Origin: Paraspadella gotoi | Lineage: Eukaryota; Animalia; Chaetognatha | Direction of reading: 5' to 3' | NCBI GenBank assembly: GCA_051294375.1 | Contig: CM119270.1 | Span: forward strand, 20,668,417-20,732,416 | DNA length: 64,000 nt | Shown: positions 39,734 to 53,840 of the stretch, piece after piece | Layout: each line of letters starts with the position of its first letter | Numbering within the stretch: position 1 is the stretch's first letter | Notes under the pieces: generated by a model | What the model saw: only the letters and a program-made list of their open reading frames with translations | Database searches by the model: none | What the model was told of the DNA's origin: nothing | Made by a program: the position numbers and the translations under genes

Positions 39734-40454
39734 ACCCCCTAAGCCACCACTCCTCTGACCCCCTGACCTCTACCGAATCCCCTCTCGTCTCATAAAACCG
39801 GATCCACCCCAATTTTGTTGTCGTTGTTGTTCTTTTCTTTCCGCGCTCCTCGTGATCTCCGCCCCGGGACCCTTTTTTTTTCGGGGATCGAGACCCGCCC
39901 GCTCGGGCCACCGATCCGCTTGGGCTGTTGTTGTTGTTGTTGCCGAGAAGGGGTTTCGCTTTGTTTTTCGTTGACCCTAAAGAAGCCGAAGGGGCTGCGA
40001 GTCAAAGATGCGGGTTTACAAAAACATTGATGGACCAATCTCGCTCTTTAACACATTCTTTTTTGAACATAACAACTTTCAAAAGATTATAAGCATAAAC
40101 ATACGAATCACTTTGTCACCCCGACATTTATACAATCTTTCATCAAAGACGGTCACAATTTTTGGAGAACCTTGTTTTAACAAACAAGGAAACAATGCTT
40201 GTTTTTTATTATTTATTTTATTTGCCAATTAATGTATTTGTGCATCAATCTGTATCATTATTTGATATTAATAATAATTTTTCATATCAATTTTAACTGC
40301 TTAAAATGAAGTATAATTATTTTCCCAAAATAGCTCGAACACCCTGTATTTGTTTCCTTTTTTTTCATTTTCCCTCCACGAGACAATATATATGCTTTCT
40401 AGATGTAGCAGGCAATGATTAAGCCCCCTCCTTCCCTGACGTGTTTAACCCTGT

Positions 40455-41755
40455 TTCCCATGCTTTCTCTCTCCTTCCCATGTTTCCTCTCTCCTTCCCA
40501 TGCTTTTTCTCTCTTTCCCATGCTTTCTCTCTCCTTCCCATGCTTTCTCTCTATTTCCCATGTTTTTCACCTTTGACCAATTCTCTTCCTGACCATAAAC
40601 TGCTTTTTCCATCTTTACCCTGCTATCCCTTTCCTCTCCATGCTTTTTCTCCCTCTTTCTATTCTTTCTCCTTGCTGCTCCCTTCTTTTCCTCTCATTCT
40701 CGCCCTTCCCCTCTTTCTTTTTTTTCCTTGTTCTTCCTTTTTCTTTCTTTCCTTTCTCTTCAATTGACCCTAAATCTTCTTTAAATCTCAGAACGATCGT
40801 CGCTTCTCTTTCCTTTCTACTTCCCCTCTCTCCCTACCACTCTCCTCTTTCCCTTCCTCTCTCCCCTTTCCACTTCCCCCTTTCTCTAGCACTTCCTTCT
40901 TTCCTTTCTCTCTCCCCTTTCCACTTCCCCTTAATTAACAGCACTCTCCTCTTTCCTCTGCTCTCCCCTTTCCAACTTCCCTTTCTCTACACACTTCCTT
41001 CTTTCCTTTCCTCTCATCCGCCTTTCCACTTCCCCCCCTTATCTACCACTCTCCTATTTCCCTTCCTCTCTCCCCTTTCCACTTCCCCCTTTCTCTACCA
41101 CTTCCTCTTTCCTTTCTACTTCCCTCTCTCCCTTCCCACTCTCCTCTTTCCCTTCCTCTCTCTCCTTTCCACTTCCCTTTCTCTAAGACACTTCCGCTTC
41201 TTTCCTTTACTCTCTCCCCTTTCCAATCCCCCCTTAAATCTACCACTTTCCTTCTTTCCTTTCTCTGTCCTCTTTCCACTGTCCCCCCCTTCTCTAAACC
41301 ACTCCTTCTTTCCCTTCTCACTCCCCTTTCCACATCCATTTTTAGCTATCCACTTCTTCCTATCCACCACATTCCTTCGTTCTCTTCTCGTCCTCACCAT
41401 TTCCACTTTCCTTTTTCCTTTCCACTTCCCCCTCTCCATACCACTCCTCCTCTATCTCTTTCTCTCTCCCCTTTCCACTTCCCCCTTTTCTTCCTTTCCA
41501 TTTCCCCTCTCTCCCTACCAACTCTCCTCTCTTCTCTTCCTCTCTCAACTTTCCACTTCCCCTTTTTCCTTTTCCAACTCCCCGATTCCCATCCACATCC
41601 CACTTTCCCTTCCAGGCGTCCTTCAACTCCCCCTAGTCTTCTCTCCCTCTTTTTTCCCTTCCATTCGATGTTCACCCAATTTAAACTGTCCTCTTCTTCC
41701 TTTCCCTTTCCAATCCCCATTCTCCTTCGCCACTTCCCTACCCCGTTTCCCACCT
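40455..41755. repeat. Polypyrimidine degenerate tandem repeats
   Basis: 20-bp TTCCCATGCTTTCTCTCTCC units then recurring CCCCTTTCCACTTCCC; gives the spurious 448-aa ORF. Confidence 0.85.
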
Positions 41756-42437
41756 CACCTTTTCAGAAAAAGAAGTAGAAAGAAGAGAAGAGGAAGAAAG
41801 AAAGAGATGACGATCAGATCCTTGTCAACTTTAAAGACTCAATCTTCAAAAATCATCTCCTTACCTTTTTTTCTTTTTGCGCTAGATGGGATAGTACTTA
41901 CTCGAGACCGAATCAGCTTTGAACCGAAATTCGCCAAATATTTAAAGAAAGTTGGCGTTCAAAATGGCCTTTTAACTTTCTATTAATGTTTTTTCTTTTC
42001 GGACTTATTTTTTTCTTATTTATAAAAAAGAAAAAAACAGTTGAAAACCAAATACGTTGTTTTGGTGAATCCTCAAGGTTTCACGATTGAAGCGAATCGA
42101 AAAAAGAAAAAAAGAGAGACGTCGAGGGTGAGATTAAGAGTCGAGAAGAACAACGCGTATGGATAGCATCGGGAAAATATTAATTTGGTATTAATTTAAA
42201 AAGATATTAATATTATAATTTTTTTATTATATCTAGTTATTTTAAGATTGCTGATTAAACTTTCATGTCATTTTATTTTAATTTTTTTAAATTTTGCAAT
42301 TTTAATTTTTTTTTAATATTTACAAATAATAATATTTTTCGAAATTTTACAATCATACTGATTAAATATCATGATAAATTTTTTATTCCCGACGATCAAG
42401 AACAACGTGAGAAAACGGAAACTTGATCCCGGCTCGA

Positions 42438-42470
<33 letters not shown>

Positions 42471-42655
42471 CTCTTCTTCTCTCTCTCTTCTCTCCTTCTC
42501 TCTCTCCTCTCTCTCTCTCTCTTCGCACAATCTCTCCATCTCTATCTCACCCTCCGCCCAATTAAAACTGAAAGACTAGCAAATATCGTCTCGTCTTTAA
42601 TTCGTCTTCCAATAGAAAAAAAAATCCAAAATCGCTTCCCCGGAGCCGGAGGCCG

Positions 42656-42687
<32 letters not shown>

Positions 42688-42708
42688 CTCTCTCTCTCTC
42701 TCTCTTCA

Positions 42709-42752
<44 letters not shown>

Positions 42753-43983
42753 AATCGAATCAAAGAGTTTCAACAAGAAGAGGAAATACTTGAAAGGCAA
42801 GGGTGAGAGAGGGAGAGTGAAAAAATTGAGGCTCCGTGAAAAAAAATAAGGTTGTGATGTTCAATGTAGAATATTTTAGGTTTTGCAACTCACAAGTCTT
42901 TTCATTTGGGTTTCAAAGATAGAAAGATGTGAATACCTTGTCGGCGGCAGGAAACGTTTGAGATCGTGGCGAGCATGCCAACCATGCCAACCATGCCAAC
43001 CATGCCAAGCTTTTCAGGTGATGAATTAGCGACTAAAATAGACAAGTGGGATGTGAGAAAAGTGATTTAGAGTGAAAAAGATTCGTGAATCTGTGAGGGT
43101 AGAAACCTTTAATCCTTTTTGACTCTCACGTTATTTTTAGTAGCGCCGCGAGTACTCGTACTTTTCGGTCGGTCTGTCGGTCGGTATGTCTGGGACTAGG
43201 TTAATGATAACGATTAGGGACTTGGATAGAGATCTAAGGCGATGGTTTCGGGTTACTGATTAGGGTTAGGGATTAAGGTCAAGAATTAGTTTATAAGGTT
43301 TAAGGATATAGTTAGGATTAAAATTAAAGTAAAAAATACATCTTAGGATAAACGAACAGAAATGGGGGTCTCTCGGAAAAGAGTGTCCCATTGTCTTTCT
43401 AAGTTCAATCAACTCTAAATTCTTTTTTTTAAATTCGTAAAACCCGAATCTTTTTAAATTCGTTAAACCCGAAAGGCTTCCCGTAAATTAGTCGGCCTTG
43501 GTCGACGGAACGAACTCTTTACCGCTCGAAGTGACATTCGGTCGACGACGGAAAATATTTCACTTATCACGAGGTTAATTATCCGTGAGACGCGGTAATT
43601 ATTTTCTTAGTTTACTCGGCCGGCCCACTATGTTTTTTTTTCCCTCTCATTTTGTGGAGACGTCAAAAACGGTCGGTGGCGTTTGATCGTGGCGCCCCGT
43701 AGTGAGAGTTTTACAACTCTCTCGTTAAGGGGAGAATTGATTTCGTCGTTGAGTTGTGACGTTGTACAATTAGGTTCTCCTGTTGTTTATTTATGTTGTG
43801 TATTGACGTCGTTAAAATAGTGTTGCGTTGTGATGGTTGAAAATTGTTATGTGGCTGTATTTTATTGTTTTCATTACGAAACGAATGATAGAAGAATGAG
43901 AGATAGATAGATAAATAGGTTGTAAATGGACCAAAGTACCCTATACACACACAGAGAGAGAGAGAGAGACAGACAGAGAGAGA

Positions 43984-44044
<61 letters not shown>

Positions 44045-44224
44045 GAGAGAGGGAGAGGGAGAGAAATATTCTGGAAATTTTCGATTTAATCGAATTTAAT
44101 GGGACTTTGAAAACTCTCAGCGTTAGTTTATATTTCATTTATACTATACTCGAAGCTGGAATCCTAGAATCCTCTCTAGTACTAGAAGAAAGAAAGAAGG
44201 AGAGAGAGAGAAAGAGAAAGAGAT

Positions 44225-44263
<39 letters not shown>

Positions 44264-46339
44264 AAGAGAGAGAGAAAGAGAGATGTTGTCAAATTCATTG
44301 ACTGAGATAAGGACTTTATTGCATGAACTAAATGATTGATTGATTGTTCAGAATATAATTAATCAACTTTTCGCGAAACAAAAAGTCAACTCGCCCACCC
44401 GATAATGGCGTCGCGAAGCGGAGGTTGATCGACAGCGGCGCGCAGCTCTACCGCCTGCCGCTCCTCCGCCCTGCCGATTACAGCTGCCGTTTACTGCCCG
44501 ACGTCCTGACCGACCGACCACCGCCCTTCCGTTCCCTGACCTGCCCGTTCTCCTGACCTGCCGTTTCCCTGACCTGACCTGACCTGACCTGACCGTTTCC
44601 CTGACCTGCCGTCCCTGACCTGCCGTTGTCTCCCCTCCAATCGAGGAACCGCCGAAACAAAACAGGCCAAACTCCAGCGGAAGGAACGAGAGACCGAGCC
44701 TAAGGAAGCTTCGACCAATAGGAGACAAAGGCAACGCTACTTATCGCAAAATAGCAAGAGAACAGGCTGGCGAATCACTACATTCGACGGCTGGAACTGG
44801 AATTCCATCAACCGGAATGTTTTTTTTCGACATCCCAACGAACCTTCGACCACCAAAGACGAAAGGGACATGCCTTCCCTTCCCGACAGAGCAGCATAAA
44901 CACAGAAAGAACTTCTCATTGATATAATATCTTTAAATATACGAGAGAGTCTTAATTTAAAGCTTGCAGGGACCTGCGATGTCAGTATCATGTAAGAGTG
45001 AGGGAGGCCTTAAACTACCAAAGCCTGTCCAAAGTCAGGGGCAAGAGGGCTTATTTATTAAATGAATGGATAATTTTCATTGGTTGATTCCATTCCCACG
45101 GCGTTCGCCCGATCCTCCGATCCGTTTTCAATTTTCGAAGAGTTAAAAGTCCTTTGATGCTAATTTCATAAAATACAGAAAATATTTAAAATTAATTCTT
45201 TCGAACGCATGAGCACAAATAAAGTAAGGTTAAAAAATATCATTTCCGCAGAGAGAGGGAAAGAATTATTGAGGCGAGGTATAATATTTAACACCAAGTA
45301 AAAAAACGTTTGCCTAAGAAGAGACGAAAGAAGGTAGTAAAATACGAATTCGAAGTACTATGGCAACAGCCAGGTTGCCTGTGATGCCTATTGGGGGAAT
45401 CTGCCTGTTGGCTTTGGGGGCTTCGACCTTCAGTGACGCATCCAGTCACTGGGGCGGTTACCCTAGGACGGTCTCGCTTTGCCAACGCAGAGAGAAGTCG
45501 TTAGGACTGTGGAATTAACAACGCCTGGGATGGTGAGTTCCCCCTCTGAGCCAATGGTGCTGGCCGTGAGGTGGTGTGAATATACCACCACAGTACCGCG
45601 GTTTAATCTTGAAAAAGTAGATGGCGATAGATAACAGTTGTGAGTGTGCCAAAATCTTTTGACAACATTTGTCCCTGTGTCCGTCCCTCCAAGAGCACAA
45701 CAAATAGCATAAAGTTATGTAAATTTACGCAACACCACTTTATTTATCATTTTATTCATTTTATTCACTTTTACGTCCAATCGTCAATCATTGGATGAAA
45801 TTCATAATCAAACTAGCAGCTCTGCTTGCCGCGGGGACAGATCGCCCGGTGCCGACATTGATAGATTGCATTGGCCAATATTACTAGGCATGGTCCTGGC
45901 TTACAGAGAACTTCATTGATCCTTTTATTAATTTATTGATTCCTTCAGTTTTTTACCGATTCTAAAATGCAGACAAAAGTGAGATGGAGCGACAGGATGA
46001 GCAGGTGTCGACAGACGTTGACAAAAGGTCATTTCTGAGAAGAGAAGGTAAATTACTGAACACAATTGCCGAGCTTCGGATTCTCGATGGCAGATGTCGC
46101 TTCATTATCCAGCCACCAGCAGGTGAGCGGTGAATGGTAGGCGGCGGGTAGCAGGTGGCAAAAAGTGAGCGGCAGATAATGACGGATGCTGATTTTTCGA
46201 ACAATGTGGATGAAAGGTATCATCACGATAGATTGTTGTTGTTGTTATCCTCATCAGTGCTTTTGTTTATTTTATGGTAGATGTTTTCAATTTATTTTTA
46301 TTCCAGTTTCATCATTTATTTCATTATTGTCTTCCATTT

Positions 46340-47292
46340 CAAAACATTGTTGTTGTTGTTGTTGTTGTTATTTTTTTGACGTCGACGTCGCCCTCCAGTG
46401 CCATCTCTATCTCCTTCGTCGACGTCATCCTTATCTTCGCTCAACTTGTTGTGTTTCCGGCAACATTCTTGACAATGCAAACAAGGACGCTAGACGAAAG
46501 ACCGGTTGGCAACGGGATCTTGTTGGCGGCACAGGTGGAATGGGAGGCAGAAGTGCCAGGACCGTGAGATGGGCAATAGGGTGGAGTGATGAAAAGTTTG
46601 AGTGATTGAACATTATTTTTTGCTGCCTATGGACATTTATTATAATTGAATTTTAAATCCTTTTAAAAAATTTGTTAGCATAACAGTATAGCAAATTCAA
46701 TTATTTATATGTTAATATCCTTACAAAATCGTCAAATTTCAAAATAATTTTTTTTATTTTTAAGAACTGATTTGGATTCGCTGTAAAAAACTAAGAAACT
46801 TTTATAAAATATGTTATACGATATTTTAATGTTTAGAATCACAAAAAATGACTAAAAGGTTTTAACATATATAAGTTTCTTCTACAGAGAATAAAAAAAT
46901 CAGGAATTTTCACCTTTTTTCTTATTTTAAACATTGAAGATGACAGAATTTTGATAACATGTTTTATATTTTTGATTCAACTTTTTATGAAGAATCTGAA
47001 TCTTTATTAAAAGTTTTATAAAAATTATTTTTAAAATTTACTATTTTATAAGGATATTATTACAAATATATCATATTTACTATTCTGTTTCCGAGATAAT
47101 ATGAACAAAATATTTTTTGTACTAGTTAATCATACTATCTCACATCTAAATGTCATTGTTCGATCATTCAATATTTTTTTTGTTCTTGAGTGCTCCACTC
47201 TAATGGGCAATCCGGGAAGGCGTCGGCTTGGCAGGATGGCATGGCGTCCTTGGATGGAATCCAAAACCAGCCAATGACAGGAGGATGATTGC
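46340..47292 (-). pseudogene. Degenerate duplicate of the RTK Ig-domain exon
   Basis: 47292-47215 encodes [21 protein letters not shown] then shifts frame; ~620 bp unrelated AT-rich DNA follows; 46575-46340 resumes ([18 protein letters not shown]) with CGA>TGA stop at 46441-46443. Confidence 0.85.
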
Positions 47293-48612
47293 CTGGATTT
47301 TATTTGTTTGTTTGGGAGGGGGGAATATGAAAAAAATATGGATATGATCAAGTTAAATGGTTAAATAAAATTGCGTCACTGCGATTGTTATTAATGTAAT
47401 ATATTTTTATGAGATATTTAGAATTGCTATGGTGATTTTTAATGCCATAATTGGTTCATTTTTGTTTTGTAAGATTTCTGTAAAAATTTATAAATAATCA
47501 AATAAAAATGTTTCTCCTCTTCCTCTTCCTCCTCCTTTTCCCCCTTATTTTAAATTATTTATCTTCCTCTTTCTACTCTTCCTCCTCCTCCTTTATTTCT
47601 TCCAAAGTTTCTTTTCTGATTTTCTTCTTCCTCTTCCTCCTCCTCCCCCTTATTTTAAGTTATTTATCTTCCTCCTTCTACTCTTCCTCCTCCTTCTCCA
47701 TTTCCTCCAGTTTCTTTTCTCATTCTCTTCTTCCTTCACCTTGTCCTTATTCTCTTTTTATTTGTCATTATTTTTTAAATTATATGTTACTTGTATCAAA
47801 TTTTATATTAATAGTGTGAAGATTGTTAATTAGATAATATGGAGAACGTGTGGTAATGATATTTAGAATGATTGTAACATTTGGCCATTCCAAACGTTTT
47901 ACTTAAAGAAACCAATTCTTCTTGCAGAAACATAGTTTAAAATTTTCACCAAGATGTCACTGGTGTCAACAGTCATTTCTGTTGGTCTTAATACTGTCGA
48001 CTTGTTGACCGACTTGAGAATGATTCAACTCAAACTAAATTCCAAGGGCGATCACCAACACGTCATTGGTTTGGCTCTCATTGCCATTTTCATCCTTCAC
48101 TCCTTTGTGTCGACGATTCGTGGAGCAAGTTTTTTGCATCGCTACCAAATACACTTCCCTCGTTTGACAAAAAATGTCAAATGTTGGATTTTGACCTGCG
48201 GACTTATGCTCATTGGGTTTGGCACAGACCTTGTTCATGTAGATCTCTATTTGGACAGTAGGTAGGTGTGTTTTATCTTGTTTTTCCTCATTAGAAGTTA
48301 GTCAATTAAAGTTTGAAAAATACATAATGTAGATATTTAATTTTTTTTTTAAATTAGGAACAAAGAAAAAAGTGCAACACAAATGCTTGTATTTCATTTA
48401 GCACTTTTTATTTACTAAGTTTTTTAGCATAAAAAGTTATTATTTTTATTTTAACTTCAGATCTATTACATCAATTGAGTCAATAAAACTCAAAAATGAT
48501 CTTCGGTTCATACTTAACCTTGTACATGTTTTTGTGGAATCTTATCTACAACTATTGGTTCAGACAACTGCGACAGTGATGGAGTGGACATCGGACACAG
48601 ATGAGGTTGTGA
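46340..48612 (+). repeat. Diverged segmental duplicate of 59695-61255
   Basis: Colinear similarity through RTK exon, intron (CT-rich tract) and XK exons 1-2. Confidence 0.9.
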
Positions 48613-51392
48613 TGGGTCAATTACTAAGATTATGACAGCCATCTAGACAAAAAGTTTATCACATTTTTAGTGAAGGATATCTACTCGATGTATTAAATTC
48701 TACATTGAATTTCCTTTTAGGAGTTGAAGATAAGGGGCTAAGTGGGCTGAAATGTTTTATCCATAACTTTTTAACCCCTCTAGCAGCCATGGAACGGGTC
48801 TGGTTTTAAACCAGGCTTGATGTTTTTCCACGCTTTTTCCAGCTTCAGATAAGAACATTGTTTGAAAAGTGCTTAATCGAGATTAATACTAATTAATCCA
48901 AATAGCGAAAGATAAATGTAAATTAGTAACTTTATTAAGGGGACCAAGAGACCAAGGGGGGGGGGGTAAAAAGATAAAAGCATAACGTTTGATTCCCTAA
49001 ATTAAGCTAGTTTTGATTATATAATTCTTTTTTTCTATAATCATTTGGGAAAATAGTTTAAAAATTCGATATTATCAGCTCGCCTTATTTTCTTTAAAAA
49101 ATCAGTAAGAAGAAAATCTTTTTCAAGTTTTAATTTTTTTAGAATCATTTTGTAATAATGATTATTATGATATTCATAATAATAATGATGATGATGAATA
49201 TAATTATAATAATAATGATGATTATTATTGAAAGAATAATGGTGAAAATAGCAATATTATCTTTAGCGATAGCAATAGCGATACAAAGTTTAGACAAACA
49301 GTCTTAATACTGTAAAAGACGAAAAATAGTAATAATAAAATTTGTGGTCACATAATCCATGGTTCATTTTTAGTAATTATCCCTTTTTTCATTTAAGATA
49401 TGCCTATCAACTCTTCACCTCAGGCCATTATTGCGAGGAGTTTTTAAAAACATTGGCAATGGAACAATGATTTTCACCAATAAAAGTTGCACATGTCGTC
49501 AATTTCGTCAAATGATAAAATCTGTAAATCGTAAGGAGAGAGTTAACACCTGCTATTGGGATATTTCTAGCCACTGGTCTATCATTTCCATGTCAATATC
49601 TGGCATCAGTTTGGCTAAAGCTGCCATTGAATATCGAAATAAAGACCATTCAGTTTCAAAAACAACATGGCGTGGTTGGGTATTCAATCTTTGTCATTCT
49701 ATTGGAATTCTTCAAGAAACATTTGGAATTTTTTTAACTTTAATCCTTTTACATCATCTTGTTTTGTATTTTTGCGTCTGGATAATATTTTTAACGCCAT
49801 TTATATTTATGCGGATTCTATCCCAAAGAGAGTTATTAGACATAATTAAAACTATTTTGCCGATTAAAAGTTTTAAGAGAATAGGAAGAAAAAACTCAAT
49901 GAAATTGTTTGTTGCTGAACAATTATTAATGTCAATTTTTAACATAACCATTTTTGCATTTTACTTTACTGAAGTTAAGCACGACTTTATATCCGATATT
50001 TTGATTAGAAAAATATGGGGATTAGTCAACTTTAAAGTTACCAAATTACCGACTGTTATACTCGGCTATACTCAAGCAGATTATTTCAAATTTATTCCCC
50101 TCCCCTTAAAAGAAGAAAACGTTCCTTTTTTTCGACGCTATTTTGATTTCAAGGAATTCAAGTGTATCTTTTCCACTGATGGAATAATTAGTAACAAATG
50201 GACGCGGATGACTTATGACGGTCATCAATTGAATTATTGTCAAGACGGATTGTTATATCTTCATGCAAATAATATCGGTAACTATAGTTATCTGAGAGTA
50301 GATTTTAGAATTCTTTTAATAATGCTTCTCGTAGAAAATATTTTATGCTGTCTTTACAATTGCATATTTTTAATTTTGAACAAAATTATGCTAAAGTGGT
50401 TATTTGCAATAATTTCTTTTTACTTTGTACCGGTGTCAATATATAACTTTTTATATTTTTCAATTATTCATCAAAACCTGATTGATGTGTATTATGTTAA
50501 GAAAAAAGAAACTTCTTCAGAATTGTATCACGAAACTGTTAGAATTAATAGCTATTTTTTGTTTCATGGAAAAAGACATTTCGACCCTTTATATATTTCT
50601 AAACAGTTGATAGTGAATAGGATAGTGGAGACCCAAGGCTATTTATATCAGTCTGTTATGATAATTTTAAACGTTTTATTTATTAATATCAACATTCGCT
50701 TAACATGCGTGATATTCTATTTTTGTAAAAAAACAGCTAATGTTCAAATAAGGGCTATACTTTATGTTTTTTTCTCCTTGATTTTTATGATTACTTTATA
50801 TGGGCTGAAATTTTGGTTAAGAAATCTATGGGTAAAAGTTTTGGTCGAATGTGAATACGATTTTGTAAGACGATTAAATTTAGCGGAAAAAACTGCAAAT
50901 CTTTTTTATTTGAAGGAAAGTTTTCTTTATTTTGCTTGTGTAATTATTTCTTCGTCTATTAGTTTTGTAACGATGTTTCTTCGCGACATTTTAAACGTAA
51001 GACCGAAATACTTGTACGTGATTTGTATTATTTTGGGGATCGTTGGATATTTTTCGCTTTCAGAGCTTAAGACTCATGAGGATATTTTCGGACTACTCGA
51101 CAATAAATTTAATAACATGAGCGATCTTATGGCGTTTGAGATTAAAAAAACCTTGCATTTTCACATGGTTTACATAGAGAGAGCTTACTTTTATTCGTCG
51201 ATATACAACATTCATCCCTTCTTTTATTTTCTAAATAGATTGAATTTGAACTTAAGTTGCGGACTCTTAAAACAATACCTAAAAGTTATTCAAGAGGAAT
51301 CTTCAAATGTTCAGGTTGGATGGGTATTCTTCCTTAACTTTTTCCCACAAATTCTGATAATCACCAACTTTATTTGCGTGATGGATGACTAG
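47954..51392 (+). CDS. XK-related (Xkr/CED-8 family) multi-pass membrane protein with long hydrophobic C-terminal extension, ~815 aa
   Basis: Exons 47954-48261, 48461-48605, 49398-51392 join in frame (phases 2 and 0, GT-AG). Family-like motifs: N-terminal D-x-x-TD (DLLTDL), FVESYLQLLVQ (cf. ES-x-PQL-x-LQ), SISGISLA. Family call is from motif recognition only. Confidence 0.75.
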
Positions 51393-52924
51393 AATTATAA
51401 ACTTTTTAATAATATACGAAAAAAATTAAATATAAATTATTTCTGATCATATTCAAACAAAAAAGATATAAAAATAAATAATTACCTTACTCCTTTGAGT
51501 AACTCTTTTTGTAATTTATTCCTTTTTACATGAGAAGGAGTTGAAATTCATTTAAAAGTTATTCTCACTACAAATTTGATGAAAGAACTTCATGTATATT
51601 TTTAAACGAATTCATTTGCCAAAATGATCAGAATTTTTTCTCAAGGTTTATCAGCTTTCGTTGCTTTGGCTTAGTCCGAAAAAAAGTATTATAATAAATT
51701 TTATTAGTGACCCTCGTCTTTACTCTAAAGTCATAGGCATCGACAAAAAAAATGATTAAGTCATTTGCTCACAATACAATGATGACAACTTAATAATAGT
51801 TTATAATCGAGTATACAATTATGTTTTAAATCAATAGAAAGGCAAAAGATCGGTTAGGGCGGAACTAAAACAAAAATCAAAATATATGTTTCATGACTTC
51901 TATTAAAAAAAAGAAAAAAATTGCCATTTAGTTTACAGCTCTCATACATAAGACACAATGAAAAATAACGTGGCGAAACGTCTCGTGCTGATTTTGTCCC
52001 TTTAAAATCGTTTCTGAACCAAATTAATTGATCACTACTTTTGATAATATGTGCGATATACACATACGGACATATCTGTATCTGACCATAATCCTTGACC
52101 ATCAACCAAAAAAGTTAACTAGATCAAAAATAGTAAAAAAGATGAAGCAATATAGCTTTAAACGCTTACAAAAATTTTGACCATTGCTAAATATTAATAT
52201 ATTAAAAAAAACTTTAATGATAACCTAATAGTTAACCGAGACCAAGATGAATATTTTTACCCATCATTTCCTCAATTTATATGAATCATTTGTTTGTAAT
52301 TAGTCAATTAATCTAAAAACAATATGACAAATTCATTTTCAATTTTCTTTATGAATGGGAAGTTTCTCTGCCTACTCCCCTTGTGTCTAATTATTTAATA
52401 TTTTAAAGATATTTTCAAAACCTTATATAATTACTATATTTTCACTTTTTTTCAATTCTTTCAAACAAAAACAACATAAAAAACATTTTAAATTAATAAA
52501 AAAAAATGATTGAATGATTTTGGAAAAAAATATTTTGAAACTTGAAAAAGGATTATGAGTCAAGGAAAAAAATTTTGCAATTCTAAAAAATCAGCCTCAG
52601 CCTTTCAATTTTCTGAAAGCTGATTTTAATTTTTTGATATTTTAATTTTCTATGCAAAACCATTATTTTCAATGACATAGGTCGGATGAAATTTTTTTCC
52701 CAACAATTTGAAAAAAATTCAACTTTTCTAATTAGGCTTTTTTGGAAAATAAATAAATATTATATACGATGGTACATCTGAAAGTGATATGTCCTCTAAA
52801 TGACAAAAAAAATTTTCTTCAAGTTTTATTTTGAAATTAGGTATTGTACCAACAGAAATAATGAGATACTCCCGCTTTGCCAAAATTTTATTTAACAAAG
52901 ATTTGTACTGCGTAATTTAAAAAA

Positions 52925-53840
52925 ACATTATTTTTTAAATAACTTTTGAAAGAAAAGAGTAGCAAGTTGAATGTGGTATCAAATTAAAGCCCTAATCATG
53001 GGACACCTTTCTAAAAAGTTTATTAAATTAAATCCATAAACACACAGCTTTGTTAAATCAGAGTAAAAGTCATAACAGGTAAAAATTTCAATGAAGACAT
53101 ATGAAATTTTTCTTTGTTCTTAAGTGAAAAAAAAACTGAATTTACATTTTGTTTATATAATTTATTCTATAAAATTGCTTATATTTTTCAGTTAAAGTAA
53201 AAACAAGCAAAAATTTAGTGTAGGCGTTGATATAAATATATTTTTAAATATTAAAATGATAAATACAAAAATGTTTTCGCGCTTATATAAACAGTCTGGA
53301 CATCTACCTTCTTGTCTGTGAAAAAAAAATTGTCATTTTCATTATCTTTAACTGCAAACTAAAAGCTTGACACACTGCTTTTTATCATATTAAAGTTTGT
53401 AAAAAATTATATAGCTGGTAACATATTGACAAAGCAAAACATCATTGTGTTAATTGTATTGATAATTTTTTTTTAAATATAGCAAGAATTTAATTTTATA
53501 TTATCATCCATTTTAATTAAGAAAAAATATTTCTCGTAATAGCCATTGGAAAGGTTCATTGACTGACTTAATGATGAAATTTTTAGATTTCTTTACTGCC
53601 CCCATTTCACAAGATATAAAAGTCATGGTTATCATGTCAATAAGTCCAGATTATCTGTACCCTTTCTGCAACCTGCATTCAAATTTTTTTTTTCCCTTTC
53701 AAATGTATTAAATAAAAAAATTTATTTGAGAGAACAATCGGCGTGGAGGATGCCATTGGTAAGCCTTAGTTACCCACTTCCCGATCGAATTTTAAATGAG
53801 GTTTTTTTCCATCTATTTTAGACATAACACTAACTATTAG
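52925..53840 (+). repeat. Dispersed copy of the interior of the 35909-38887 element
   Basis: Colinear with ~36800-37765 (shared GTGGTATCAAATTAA..GCCCTAATCATGGGACA, TATAAACAGTCTGGAC, CCCACTTCCCGATC). Confidence 0.8.

Noticed and set aside
40640-41986. 448-aa ORF
   Set aside because: Translation of a polypyrimidine repeat (only L/S/P/F); no domain.
45300-45400. KKRRKKVVKYEFEVLWQ as chromodomain remnant
   Set aside because: Too short, followed by stop; downstream TWEP-type motif absent.
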